DNA of 64,000 nucleotides. It comes from Heptranchias perlo. Lineage: Eukaryota. The DNA lies in contig NC_090370.1 of assembly GCF_035084215.1 (NCBI RefSeq), positions 26,288,001 to 26,352,000 on the forward strand, in the 5' to 3' direction. The notes beneath the pieces were generated by a model. That model was not told the origin of the DNA. It did not search any database and saw only the letters and a list, made by a program, of their open reading frames with translations. This document shows positions 13,824 to 27,152 of this stretch, piece by piece; the first letter of the stretch is position 1; the number at the start of each line of letters is the position of its first letter. Made by a program: the position numbers and the translations under genes.

Positions 13824-14299
13824 GTTGTAATGCTGTGTTACATTGTTATAATTGATTTAGGGGGTTATAGTCAATACTGAGGAAGACTGCAACAAAGTAA
13901 GTTTGCAGAACGGCCGTGTAAATGACCATTGAATTTCAATATAGAAAGGTGTGAGCTGGTGCATTTTGCCAGGGGAACAAGTTGGCCACATCCTGCTTGG
14001 AAAATTAGAGTCTAAACGGGGGAGAGGAGTAATGTAAATCGAGCTGAGAAATCAGAGAGAAATACTGCGCAATGTACAGTGAAATATAACGGGGAAAATT
14101 CACAACTATTGAATAAGTAAAACAAAACTTTATTATGAATAAATTGTCCTCATTTTTCACGATCAAAATGTGCAAAAATACGAGAGTAGAAGTTACAGAC
14201 AGAAACTTTCCTCACATTGCACATTGTCCTGATTCTGCAACCACGAGACAAAGTGAATTTGTTCCACTCTTTTACAGTTCTCGCTTACGTCCAGTAGAG

Positions 14300-17200
14300 G
14301 CCAGTCTCTGGTACTGAATATGAGAGTGGGGTTTATTCTGTATTTGTTGGTATCTGGTACTGTACATGAGTGTGGGATTTATTCTGTATCTGTCTGTCTC
14401 TTTTACTGTGTGTGAGTGTGGGGTTTGCTCTGTATCTGTCTGTCTCGGGTACTGTATGAGTGTGGGGTTTATTTTGTATTTGTCTGTCTCTGGTACTTTA
14501 CATGAGAGTGGGATTCATTCTGCATCTCTCAGTCTCTTGTACTGTGTGTGAGTGTGGGATTCATTCTGCGCCTGTCTGTCTATGGTACTGTGTGTGAGTG
14601 TGGGGTTTATTCTGTATCTGTCTGTCTCAGGTACTGTGTGTGATTGTGGGGTTTTATCTTTATCTCCTGTCACTTGTACTGTATATGAGTGTGGGATTTA
14701 ATCTGTATCTGACAGTCTCTGTTACTGTACATGAGTGAGGGGTTTATTCTGTATCTGTCAGTCTCTGGTACTGTCCGTGATTGTGGGATTCATTCTGTAT
14801 CTGTCAGTCTCGGGTACTCTATGCGAATGTGGGATTTATTCTGTATCTCCCTGTCTCTGGTACTGTGTGTGCATGTGGGATTCATTCTGTGCCTGTCAGT
14901 CTCTGGTACTGTACATGTTTGTGGGGTTTATTCTGTATCTTTCACTCTCTGGTACTGTAAGCCAGTGTGGGCTTTATTCTGAATCTGTCTGTCTCCGGTG
15001 CGATGTGCGAGTGTGGGGTTTATTCTGCATCTGTCAGTCTCTGATACTATATATGAGTGTGGGTTTTATTCTGTATCTGTCACTCTCTGATACTATATAT
15101 GAGTGTGGGACTAATTCTGTAACTGACATTCTCTGGTACTGTCTGTGAGTATGGGATTCATTCTGTATCTGTCATTCTCTGCTACTTTATCTCAGTGGGA
15201 TTCATTCTGCAATTCAGTCTCTGAGGCAATGTGCAAGTCTGGATTCACTCTGTATTCTGATTTCAGTTTATATTATTTTATTTGAAACTATATCTTTAAT
15301 ACTTTAAAGTACATGCTTTTTTGTCGAGTGTTTAATTTGTAAATATTGACACACTTATGGATTTTCTTTAATCAAACAATGTGTGTGAGTTTTGGAGTAG
15401 TGTTACATCTTAATCTCTGAACTCTATTGTGAATGACAATGTACCTTTCAATCTGTTCACGGTGAAATTATTGGACTGGTATATAATGTGTAACTCAGTC
15501 TATAATAATGGAATTAATTCTGTATCTCAGTCTGATACTGTATGAGATTTTTGGACTGGTGTGTAACATGTAGCTCAGTGCATGCTAATGGAATTGATGT
15601 TGTATCTTTGAGTCTGATACGGTATGAAATTGTTCGACTGCTATGTAACGTTTTGCTCAGTCTGCACTAATCGAATTCAAACATTATCTTTCAATATGAC
15701 ACTATAAGATTTTTGGACTGGCTTGTTATGTGTAACTCAGTCTGCAATAATGTGACTGAGATTCATTCTGTATCTGTCAACCTGTGGTACTGTGTGTGAG
15801 TGTGGGATTAATTCTAAAAACGTCAGTCCCTGGTACTGTATGCAAGTGAGATTCATTCTGTATCTGTCTGACTGTGGTACTTTGTGATTCATTCTGTTCC
15901 TGTCAGTCTCTGGCACTGTGTGTGAATTTGGGATTCATTCCATATCTGTCAGTCTCTGATGCTGTATGTGAGTGAGACATTCATTCCGTTTCCATCAATC
16001 TCTGATACTGTCTTTGCGTGATATAAATTCTGTATCTGCCAGTCTGTGCTACTGTCTGTGAGTGTGGGATTTGTTCGGTATCTATCAATCACTGGAACAT
16101 TGTGTGAGTGTGAGAATCATTCTATTTGTCAGTCTCTGGCACTGGATCTGAGTATGAGATTCATTCTTTATCTGTATCTAATTTGTATCTCAGTTTAGAA
16201 TATGGCGTTCAAAACTGTATCTTTCATACCTAAATGTATAAATAATTTTTCCCAGTATTTAAGTGGTAGATAATCATATACTTTAAAATGTGATGCTGTA
16301 GGTTATAATCAGAGAATGAGTGCACTTTTTGGGCTACTCTTAAATCTGCTTCGATGTGAACACAACTGTGATTTCGTGCATCTTCCAAACTGATATGGTG
16401 GCATTTTTGAACTTGTATATAATGTGTAGGTCAGTCTGCATGAATGGAATACTGTATATTTCAGTCTGAATCAGTATCAGATTTTTTTTGTAGTGGTTTA
16501 TAATATGTAGCTCAATCTGCACTAATGGAATTGATACTGTATCTTTCAATCTGACACTGAGATTTTTGGACTGGTACGTAATTTGTAACTCAGCCTGCAC
16601 GAATGTAGGTGACTGTGAGATTCACTTTGTATCTCTCACTCCGTGATACTGTTTAGGATTCATTCTGTGTCTGTCAGTTTCCAGTATTGCATGTGGGTGT
16701 TGAATTCATTTTAAATATGCAATTTCTCATACTGTATGTTTGTGTGGGATTGAATCAGTCATCTGGTACTCTATATGATTGAGAGATTAATTCTGTATCT
16801 GTAAGTCTCTGGTACTGTGTGTGAGTGTGGGTTTCCGTCTTTTTATACAGTCTCTAATATTGTGTGTGTGTGTGTGTGTTGAATTCATTATATATGTGCA
16901 GTTTCTCAAACTCCAAGTTTGCAATTCATTCTGTCTCTCTCAGTCTCTGGTACTGTGTGAGTGTGGGATCCATACTTTATCTGCGAGTATCTGGTACATT
17001 ATGAGAGTGTGGGACTCATTCTGTATCTGTCAATTCTGGTACCATATATGAGTGCGGGATTCATTCTGTGTCTGTCTATAATTATTCTCTCAGATTATAT
17101 TGTGGCATACAATACTGTAGCTTTAATATGTTTAAATAGTTTTTCTCATTATTTAATTGGTAAATATGGATTAACTTTAGGATTTGGTGCTGGACGTTTT

Positions 17201-17480
17201 TATTCAGATAATTTGTGTGCTTTTTGGACCACTATTAAATCTATATTTCTTTGTAATATTGTGAATGATAATATATACTTCAAACTGAAAGTGATTTTTG
17301 AATTGGTACATAATGTGCAGCTCAGTCTGTACTATTGTAATCGATACTGTGCCTTTCAATCTAATATTATATGAGATTGTTGGACTGGTATGTAATGTTT
17401 ATCTCAGTCTGCACTTATAGAATTGATACTGTATCTTTACATCTCATACAATGAGTGTATTATAAACTGGTTTCTAATTT
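14300..17480. repeat. 46-bp and 78-82-bp satellites, inverted relative to 1-3608
   Basis: GAGTGTGGGATTCATTCTGTATCTGTCAGTCTCTGGTACTG units; GATTTTTGGACTGG units. Confidence 0.85.
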
Positions 17481-18599
17481 GTTTCTCAGGTTACACTGTC
17501 ACAGCATTTCTCAATCTGATAATGTACATGAGTTTTGGACTTGCCTGCAGTTTGTTTCTCATGATACACTATTTGAATCGATACTGCATGTATTAAACTC
17601 ACATGTGAGAGTTCTGGGCTAGTATTCAATTGGAATCTCGAGGGACATCATTGGGGTTCATTCTGTACCTTTGAATCGGGTACCATGTGTGATTTCTATC
17701 TGGTATTTAATTCGGAGCTAATGTTGCCCTATTGTGACATTGAAACAGTGCCTTTCAATCTGAAAGTGTGATTTTGGACTGGGATTTTTGTATCTTCCTG
17801 TCAGCGGGACTGAGTTCGGGGGAAATGGAAACAGCGTCTGCCTCACCTGCTCTGTCTGACTGTTGGATTGAAAATGTGTCTCACGAACTTGGGATCAGTG
17901 TGGGAACTGATGACCTGTCTGTGTCTCTGTGAGTGATAATGTACCTACTGTTTGTGAGAAGGAGCTGGCCGCACTGTTCCTTCTGCCTCGGGTGGAGGAA
18001 ACATCACATTTATTCTGGGTCGTTCAAGGATTTGCCTGTAGAAAGAAAATTATATCTTGTTACTCAGGAACAGGTGAGGTCGAAAATACAAAAGTGATCA
18101 ATTTAATATCTCTGTTAATGATCATTTTGAATATCCACAAGTGAAAACCAGTGCTACAAAGAGTGTCAGTATCTAACTCCACTGCAGTACTGCAGCACTC
18201 AGCTTCTGTATACCAGGTGTGTTGGGCTGTTTCATAACAATTTAGTGACATCCAGAAAAAACCCAACCCCTGCACTGATCCATGAATGGGACTACCCGAT
18301 GGGGCAGGGACCTTTGTACAGGTCAGCTTTCTAATCCCCTCTCCCATGGGACAAACCGTTCAACCGAAACCAAACAGCCGCTGTTTAAATTGTGTCCTTC
18401 ACACTTCTCAACTGGTGCCTTCAATTGATGCTCTTTGTCTCACTCCCCACATCCTTACTGTCCGGCTCTGTTTCCACTGTTCACTGTCCAATAACAATAA
18501 ACAGAGTGAGACTGGAACGAAACCAGGAACAATTCACTACTGGTTTGGGGAGAGAAAGTAGCAATGATTTTAAATAGCAGGTTCGTCCTATTCTGTCTC

Positions 18600-19000
18600 C
18601 CTTCCCCTGGACACACCCTGTACACACACAGCCCGAGAATGACCTCTCCCTTCCCCCGCTCACTCCATGTTCCGGGACCAGTTCCTGATCCACTCCGCCT
18701 CTTACAAACAGCCCCCGGACTCCCCCTGACCTTCCCCCGGACTCAATGCCGATCTCTGAGCCCATCTGCGGACACGGTCCCGAAGCGATGAGCTGCTGTA
18801 ACGAGGCTGCTCTTTGCTCCCTTCCCCCGGGGGCCGTGATCTCTCCATTCCCGGCTGTTTTTAACCATCTTCTTCCGCTCACTGAGGGAATGGCGCCCAC
18901 AGGCCGAGCTGGGGGAGGGGAGCGCGCATGCGCTCTTCTGCTCACCAGCAAGCAGCGCTGGGGCCGGGGCTGAGTCACGCATGCGCAGATATCTGGTTTA
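18600..19000. promoter_or_regulatory. CpG-rich island with two NRF1-type GCGCATGCGC motifs and TGAGTCA
   Basis: GCGCATGCGC 18924-18933; TGAGTCACGCATGCGCA 18971-18987; duplicated at 33900-34320. Confidence 0.55.
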
Positions 19001-19729
19001 ATTCCCAATACAAAAATCGATGGAAACTTTCCCCAATTGGAATTTTTCAGAGTCTGAGCAAAGGAAGTGGGGGAAAGGTCAGAGGGAATGGGGTCCACAG
19101 GCAGTGCAGGAACAGGCACCAGAATGGGAAACAGATGGGATTCCACCGGTGCCGAACGCTGGAATCCAGACTGACTTTACAATCTCCAACTATTAAACGA
19201 GATGTTTCCATCCCTGCTGTTTCTCTCGGTATCTTTTGATGGTAAAGGTTCAATCAGAGATAACTTGGGCGGCTGTGGAATGAGCCAATGGGTTCTGTTC
19301 ATTCTTGGTTCCTCTACTGATAAAGTAACGCGTGAACCCGAAACTGGAGGGAGGATTTCTCAAACCAATCCTGGAGAAACATGGGAGGAAAGTGGGACTC
19401 GGTGTATTTGCTGGGTCTGTGCAGGATGAATATCTGACGGCCACAGTCCCAGTTTATTTCAATCGGAGTGAAACTCTCGGTCACTGAGAGTAATACTGAA
19501 CGGCCCTCTGCTGCAAGATTACAGAGGGTACAATATGCAAGAGAGGATTAAATGTGTGACACTGTCCCTGAGAGTGGGATTAATAACGTGCCTGTCTCTG
19601 GAATAAGATCAGTTCGAGATGAGACTGCATCTTCTGTCATTCAACCTTGGAATAGCAATTGGAATGGAGTGATTCCCTATTTGTTACTGGGTGAAAACCG
19701 TTCATTACAGCTCAGTTTCTCTGTCTCTC

Positions 19730-20065
19730 TTGTACTTTATATGGAGGTGCGATACTGTTATTGAGCATGATACAGACACACTGATGGGAAGTGTGAGACT
19801 GATACTGTGCCTGTCTGTATCTCTCTCTCTCTAGCGGTGTACATGAAGCTGCGATAATGTTTACTGAGCGTGAAACGGACACATTGATGGGATGTGTGAG
19901 ACTGATTCTGCGTCTGTCTGACTGTGTCTCTGTCTGTCCGTTTATCAGCCGGTCCGTCTCTCTCTCTCTCTCTCTTTAGTTCTGCACATCAATGCGGGAC
20001 ACTGTTACTGAGCGTAATGTAGACCCACTGATGGAATGTGAAAGACTGATTCTGTGTCTGTGTGC
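19730..20065. repeat. Three degenerate ~110-140-bp tandem units with CT microsatellite spacers
   Basis: GATACTGTTA(C/T)TGAGC...CACTGATGGGA..GTGAGACTGAT repeated three times; related copies at ~35085-35190. Confidence 0.6.
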
Positions 20066-20606
20066 TGTTGGTGAGACGATTACTCTCCCTTCTACTGTAT
20101 ATGAGCCGGTCTGACGGTGCATTTATCCGCCGAAAAGTAAAGGTGGCGAGAAACAGCCTGTAACAGTCTGACTCCGGACTGTCTGTGGGTGTTGAATTTA
20201 TTCAGTAACTCGCCGTCTCTGGGTGTTGAGAATGGGATGGATCGGACGCCAGTTACTATTGCCTGTCAGTCAGTTTAGCAGGAGAAGCAAACACAGAGAG
20301 ACTGGAGGAGCCCAGAGCGGATAATTTGAATTTTCAACTTAACCAAACATATTTCTGTGTGCGAACAATACAATAATGTAAAAGCAGATATGGATTATCA
20401 CAGCCAGAGCTGTGATTGGCTCCTGTCCCTGAATCTGGAGACCAGAGACTGTGAGGAGCGCCGGCCTCAGAGTGTTTAACAGTTACTGAGCTGGGAAACT
20501 ACAACCAACCCCCGAGAATCCGCAGCACAGGCCGAGCGGGGAGGAAAGCTTGTCCCGGGAATTGTCAATCTGGCGAACAGTTTGTCCTGTGAATGTACAG
20601 ATGTGA

Positions 20607-20810
20607 TGTGGAGATGCCGGTGATGGACTGGGGTTGACAATTATAAACAATTTTACAACACCAAGTTATAGTCCAGCAATTTTATTTTAAATTCACAAGC
20701 TTTCGGAGGCTACCTCCTTCCTCATCGTTCACCTGAGGAAGGAGGTAGCCTCCGAAAGCTTGTGAATTTAAAATAAAATTGCTGGACTATAACTTGGTGT
20801 TGTAAAATTG
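20607..20810. mobile_element. Penelope-like fold-back insertion with 13-bp TSD
   Basis: Perfect inverted arms 20647-20724 / 20734-20811; TGTACAGATGTGA on both sides. Confidence 0.85.
20728..20766 (+). ncRNA. Minimal hammerhead ribozyme motif
   Basis: TTCAC-CTGAGGA-A-GGAGG tag CCTCC-GAAA-GCTT-GTGAA (stem I TTCAC/GTGAA, palindromic AAGCTT stem III). Confidence 0.75.
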
Positions 20811-21232
20811 TGTACAGATGTGAACATTGTGTCAGAGAGAGTGTGTTCAATGGGCGGGCGGTTTAGATTAATGCCACTGTGTTTGTGTGGCCGGTCTCAT
20901 CGCCGGATGTCCGAGTCCCTTTTGAGTAAAATTTTAAAAAAATCCCTGTCAAAGCATCGCCTTCCTCCCCTGCCGAGACCCGAAGTGAAAATTAAAGGTA
21001 CGGTTTTAGTTCAATTCAAGATTTCAGCCGAAAAACAGAAATCATGTCAGCGATCGGGTGAGAGAGCGCGATCAGTGCAGCAATGAAACGGGTTTAAATC
21101 GAAACTGGTGCTTTTAATTCCGGTGAAAGTTTTTCGACAGCAAACATTCCGGTGTTGGAGATGGGAAGGGGCTAGTCTGGGACTCTGGAGTGCCCGATTA
21201 TAATTAGAATCGGGTAGTTTAAGAGGAGAGAG

Positions 21233-21305
21233 AAACACAGAGTGGCTGGAGGTGCCGAGAGCTGACAGCAGGGTGTCTCCGCCCCGTCCGCTCTGGGCCT
21301 TTAAG
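21233..21305 (+). promoter_or_regulatory. H1 promoter: H1/AC box AAACACA, GC box, TTTAA TATA-like
   Basis: AAACACA 21233-21239, CCGCCC ~21279, TTTAA ~21300. Confidence 0.65.
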
Positions 21306-21383
21306 TTGCTCTGTGCCGCCGCCTCTCGTTTCATTTCTGACCCAGCTCTGACTGTCAGAGAGATTTTCTTCAGAGTCCCGGAC

Positions 21384-22025
21384 ATGACAGATACTGCAGC
21401 CGCCGAAACCGCACCTCCCGCCGCCGCTCAAACCAATGCTCCGAAGAAGAAGAAGGCGGTTCACCGACCCAAGACAGACGGTCCCAAATTGGGCGAACAG
21501 ATCCTCAAGATTGTGGCGGATTGCAAGGATCGCAAGGGGTTTTCCCTGGCCGCGATAAAGAAGGTTCTGGCCACCAAAGGCCTGGATGTGGAGAAGCACC
21601 GGACCCAGATCAAATTAAGTATCAAGAGAAATGTGGAAAAAGGCTCCCTGGTGCAGATCAAGGGCACGGGCGCCTCGGGCTCCTTCAGAGTCGCTAAGAA
21701 GGAAGCCCAGGAAAAAGTGGGAAAGAAGGTGAAGAAACAAGGAACCAAGAAATCTCCCGGAAAGAAACCAGCGGCCAAGAAACCAGCGGCCAAGAAACCA
21801 GCGGCCAGGAAATTAACGGCCAAGAAACCAGCGGTCAAGAAAACAGCTGTCAAGAAAACAGCTGTCAAGAAATCGACCACAAAGAAGGCGGCGAAATCAC
21901 CAATTAAGAAGAAAGCGGCTGTGAAGAAGCCCAAGACCCCAAAGCCAGTGAAGGCGAAGGCGAAGAAGGTACAAAATCCGAGCGCCAAGCCCAAACCGAA
22001 GAAAGCAGCAGGCAAAAAGAAGTAA
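21384..22025 (+). CDS. H1: Linker histone H1, 213 aa
   Basis: MTDTAAAETAPPAA...winged-helix core DRKGFSLAAIKK...KGTGASGSFRV, Lys/Ala/Pro tail with SPKK-like and KKPAA repeats. Confidence 0.95.
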   Translation: MTDTAAAETAPPAAAQTNAPKKKKAVHRPKTDGPKLGEQILKIVADCKDRKGFSLAAIKKVLATKGLDVEKHRTQIKLSIKRNVEKGSLVQIKGTGASGSFRVAKKEAQEKVGKKVKKQGTKKSPGKKPAAKKPAAKKPAARKLTAKKPAVKKTAVKKTAVKKSTTKKAAKSPIKKKAAVKKPKTPKPVKAKAKKVQNPSAKPKPKKAAGKKK

Positions 22026-22061
22026 AAAATCAAGTGCAACTTGTGACCATCTGAACCCAAC

Positions 22062-22102
22062 GGCTCTTCTCAGAGCCACCCACGTCTCTCAGAAAAGAGC
22101 TG
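22062..22102 (+). terminator. Histone stem-loop plus HDE (H1)
   Basis: GGCTCTTCTCAGAGCC ACCCA ... AGAAAAGAGCTG. Confidence 0.95.
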
Positions 22103-22756
22103 ATCCCGGAATCAGATGATTCCTGTCCCGGGGCCGGGCTCAGATTTCAGATAGAAATCATTTACAATAAACCCAGGGTCCAGGTGACTCGCTGACATTC
22201 GCTCCCCCCGCCCCACTCCCACTGTCTGATATAAAATAAAGAGAATGGGATACCCGGGCCGGGCCTCACTGTAACTGGGGGCGTGTTCACCTCCAGTCCC
22301 AGTTCATTCTTTTTCTCACAGATTCATGGCCAGGGTCCGTGACAGGGGAAAACTGGCGGAGATCCGCCGCTATCACAATTCAAACCCCAACACATGAGAT
22401 TCTCCAAATCAGCTGGAATAATGTGTTTGTGAACTGCTGAATCCGTCTGGGAGGGAATGTGTGGGAGATAGAATCGGGTCTTGGACGGAAATGGAAGCAG
22501 GCGGGTTGACTAGTTACAGAAGGGACTGTATTTAGGCAGGAATATTACTGGCTGATAATTGTAACGGGGCTTATTTAAAAGCTCCGGGTTTCTGTAAATC
22601 CTTGAATATGAAGCCCGAGTCTGTAAGGGTTTGTGCGGAGCGCTGTGTTTCGGTTCTATTATCGATGAACGGTTTGAAATTGGCGGGTGGAGAAAGCTGG
22701 AGTTGGAGCTGGAAGATCAGAGACCGCTCTCCGCCCTGTCCATCACTCTGACTCTC

Positions 22757-22948
22757 TCCTCCCCTCTCTGTTTAATTTCTCACTCTGTCTCCGCCCCTCC
22801 CTGTTTAATCTCACTCTGTCTCCTCCCCTCCCTGTTTAATATCTCACTCTGTCTCCTCCCCTCCCTGTTTAATTTCTCACTCTGTCTCCTCCCCTCCCAC
22901 TTTCACTCTGTGCATGTTTCAGTCAGGTCGGGGCAGTCTGCATAAAAA
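22757..22948 (+). promoter_or_regulatory. H4 promoter: ~33-bp tandem pyrimidine-rich repeat, H4 subtype element TTCAGTCAGGTCG, CATAAAA
   Basis: CTCACTCTGTCTCCTCCCCTCCCTGTTTAAT x~4; element resembles H4 site II (TTCAATCTGGTCCG). Confidence 0.6.
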
Positions 22949-22984
22949 AGGGAACCAGCACGAGTTCGCTGTTCATTTCAGTGA

Positions 22985-23305
<321 letters not shown>

Positions 23306-23340
23306 ACGACTCGACCCTTTCCAACCAAACACAAAACAAA

Positions 23341-23381
23341 GGCTCTTCTAAGAGCCACCCACCGCCTCACAGAGAGAGCAG
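23341..23381 (+). terminator. Histone stem-loop plus HDE (H4)
   Basis: GGCTCTTCTAAGAGCC ACCCA ... AGAGAGAGCAG. Confidence 0.95.
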
Positions 23382-24057
23382 TGACCTGGGAAGGGGGAGT
23401 GGGACGATCTCGGGGTGGGGAAGTAGTTTCCGATATTCTATTAATATGGGGAGATTTCTCCAGCACTCGTAACAGGGAGATCAGAAAAACGGCCGGGGTT
23501 CTCGGCCATCCCGAGAGAAGGAGCGGAATTCCCGGTTTCACGGTATAAATGAACAGGCGGGGATGCAGAGTCTTTCCACAGACATTACATTCTTCACTCA
23601 GAGTAAAATCCCTCCTCACTCCCTCTCCCGCTGTGTTCTCTCTGCTCGGTGTTTATTTCTTGCCCTCATTCAAATATCAGTTCGATGTGAAGTTTCTGTT
23701 TGAGGAGCCGTTCACCGGGCCGGAACTGGCGGGATTTTTGAAATCGAAGCTGGACTTTGTCCCGCTTCCGACGGAAAGCAATGACCGGGACTTTATTCCC
23801 GCCCGTTTACAGACAGGTCAGAGAATGAACCGGAATGTGAAACAGCCTGAGATTTGTGCTGACGAGTAGGAAATAATGGAGATTATAAAGAGAGAGATTC
23901 TTAAATTGCTGGAGGGAAATGAGATTTTCTTCAAACTGTTATCTGATGCTCTGAAATTGGCGGGCTTTTTGAAATTGATGATTAATTTCAGCTCAGCCAA
24001 TTGGGGCTCAAGACCTCCCGCCGTTTCGTTCTGACTGTCAGACTTCGGTTCAAACCT

Positions 24058-24729
<672 letters not shown>

Positions 24730-24762
24730 ACCCGACACGCCTTCAGCACCAAGTGCAACAAA

Positions 24763-24803
24763 GGCTCTTTTCAGAGCCACCAAATCAGCAAAGGAAAGAG
24801 CTC
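24763..24803 (+). terminator. Histone stem-loop plus HDE (H3)
   Basis: GGCTCTTTTCAGAGCC ACCAA ... AAGGAAAGAGCT. Confidence 0.95.
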
Positions 24804-26051
24804 TGATCTCTGGGGTTGAAATCGCAGGGCCGTGCAGTTCACAGAAATTTGATGAAATGGGAAATGCATAAAGGGGAGGGAGCGGATGTCAGACGCAAGG
24901 CCTGACAATCTGTTGGCCCATCATAACAGCAGAGAGATGGGAACAGAGCCGATCTACGTTTTATGGCAGAAACAGCTGCTGTTCATTTTGGACGAAGATT
25001 CAGCACCAGAGAGGAGTGCCAATTCCAGACTGACCAACATGAGGAATTTGAAACGGAGACAGTTTCATTTTCACACACACGCAGGACTGGAGGGAGGTGA
25101 ATTCCACCAGACTGACTCTCATCACCACCAGTGCCTCATTCGGACAGAGAAAGTTCTGGCAAACAGCTGCAGAAAGTTCTGATTCCGACCCCACTCTTTC
25201 ACATGAGGTACATACACCCCCAGTGTCAAACTTACTGGGACATATGTACAGAGAGGGACTCGTGGAAAGCACGAGAGATACAAGTTCTCATTTCCAATGT
25301 CGTGTCAGCTTGGCTCGGTTGGAAACACTCGAATGTCGGAGTCAGGGGTTTCAAAGTTCAAGCCTCACTCCAACACTTTACTGGACATTTGAGTCCAGCA
25401 CTGAAGGACAGGTGCAATCGGACGGGACCTGAAACCCATGCTGGATGTAAGGAATCAGACTCGGATCATATAACGTTTCAGTCTATTCTCCCCTGCAGAT
25501 ATAGTGGCAGAGGCTGTTTCAATGCAACTCGAACCAATAGATCGAAAGGCAGTGTGTCTTGCTCTCTATCAGCGCTAGAATCAGAAGCAGTGTAAAACAT
25601 TCGTGTTACATTCACTAACACTCGTAACTGATACAGGGTCAGAATCAATCCCTCAATCACATCCAACAACACGGGCAAATTTAACTCACATTCTTGATTC
25701 AGCAATCGCTGACACAATATTCAACACATCAGTCAGCTTCTGTTGCACAAATCTGGGTAAAATAACACAGACCGAGCAAGTGTTGTCGGAGGATGAGACT
25801 GTAAATAATATTGTGTGGAACACAACAGAATGCCTCTTGATGCCGATGATCAAACGTCCCTGGTATTTCTGTATCCCACCCGCCCAGTTTAATGACAATT
25901 TTGATATTTTGTCTCATTCACCACACAAACTGCAAATATCAATCTATTGGAGGTTGGCGACATCTGCTGTCCGGAAGCGAGTACTTCAACAGACCGATCT
26001 GGATCATTTGTAATCAACAAGTTATTGTTAGTTCTCGAATCGGAATAATAA

Positions 26052-26563
26052 TTCATAGAGTTCATAGAGTTATACAGCACGGATACAGGCCCTTCGGCCC
26101 ATCGTGTCCGCGCCGGCCATCAGCCCTGTCTGCTCTAATCCCATATTCCAGCATTTGGTCCGTAGCCTTGTATGCTATGGCATTTCAAGTGCTCATCCAA
26201 ATGCTTCTTGAATGTTGTGAGGGTTCCTGCCTCCACAACCCTTTCAGGCAGTGAGTTCCAGACTCCAACCACCCTCTGGGTGAAAAAGTTCTTTCTCAAA
26301 TCCCCTCTAAACCTCCCGCCTTTTACCTTGAATCTATGTCCCCTTGTTATAGTACCCTCAACGAAGGGAAAAAGCTCCTTAGTATCCATCCTATCTGTGC
26401 CCCTCATAATTTTGTACACCTCAATCATGTCCCCCCTCAGCCTCCTCTGCTCCAAGGAAAACAAACATCGCTGAAGCGCTCCAGCCCTGGTAACATCCTG
26501 GTGAATCTCCTCTGCACCCTCTCCAAAGCGATCACATCCTTCCTGTAGTGTGGCGACCAGAAC
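26052..26563 (-). mobile_element. Young 5'-truncated CR1 LINE
   Basis: FSLEQRRLRGDMIEVYKIM...WNSLPERVVEA; (ACTCTATG)n tail; absent from the homologous site at ~11512. Confidence 0.92.
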
Positions 26564-26641
26564 TTATTAAATTGAGTCCTTATTAAATTGATTCCTGACT
26601 CTCTTCAGTCAGTAACAAGCCCTTTCAGAGATACAGTGGGT

Positions 26642-26657
26642 GGCTCTGAAAAGAGCC
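26642..26657 (-). terminator. Histone stem-loop (H2A, minus strand)
   Basis: Reverse complement GGCTCTTTTCAGAGCC; HDE GAAAGGGCTTG. Confidence 0.95.
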
Positions 26658-26687
26658 TTTGGGATATCAGATTAAATCTTGGCCGCT

Positions 26688-27152
<465 letters not shown>

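Noticed and set aside
18481-19146. 221-aa ORF across the CpG island
   Set aside because: The frame is not preserved in the paralogous copy at ~33800-34450 and there is no recognisable domain
20496-20525. ACTACAA suggesting a ZNF143 site
   Set aside because: Spacing to the CCCAG-like part does not fit the motif
24886-25595. Overlapping ORFs downstream of H3 with faint resemblance to retroelement pol
   Set aside because: No motif I can support by eye; needs a BLASTX or HMM search
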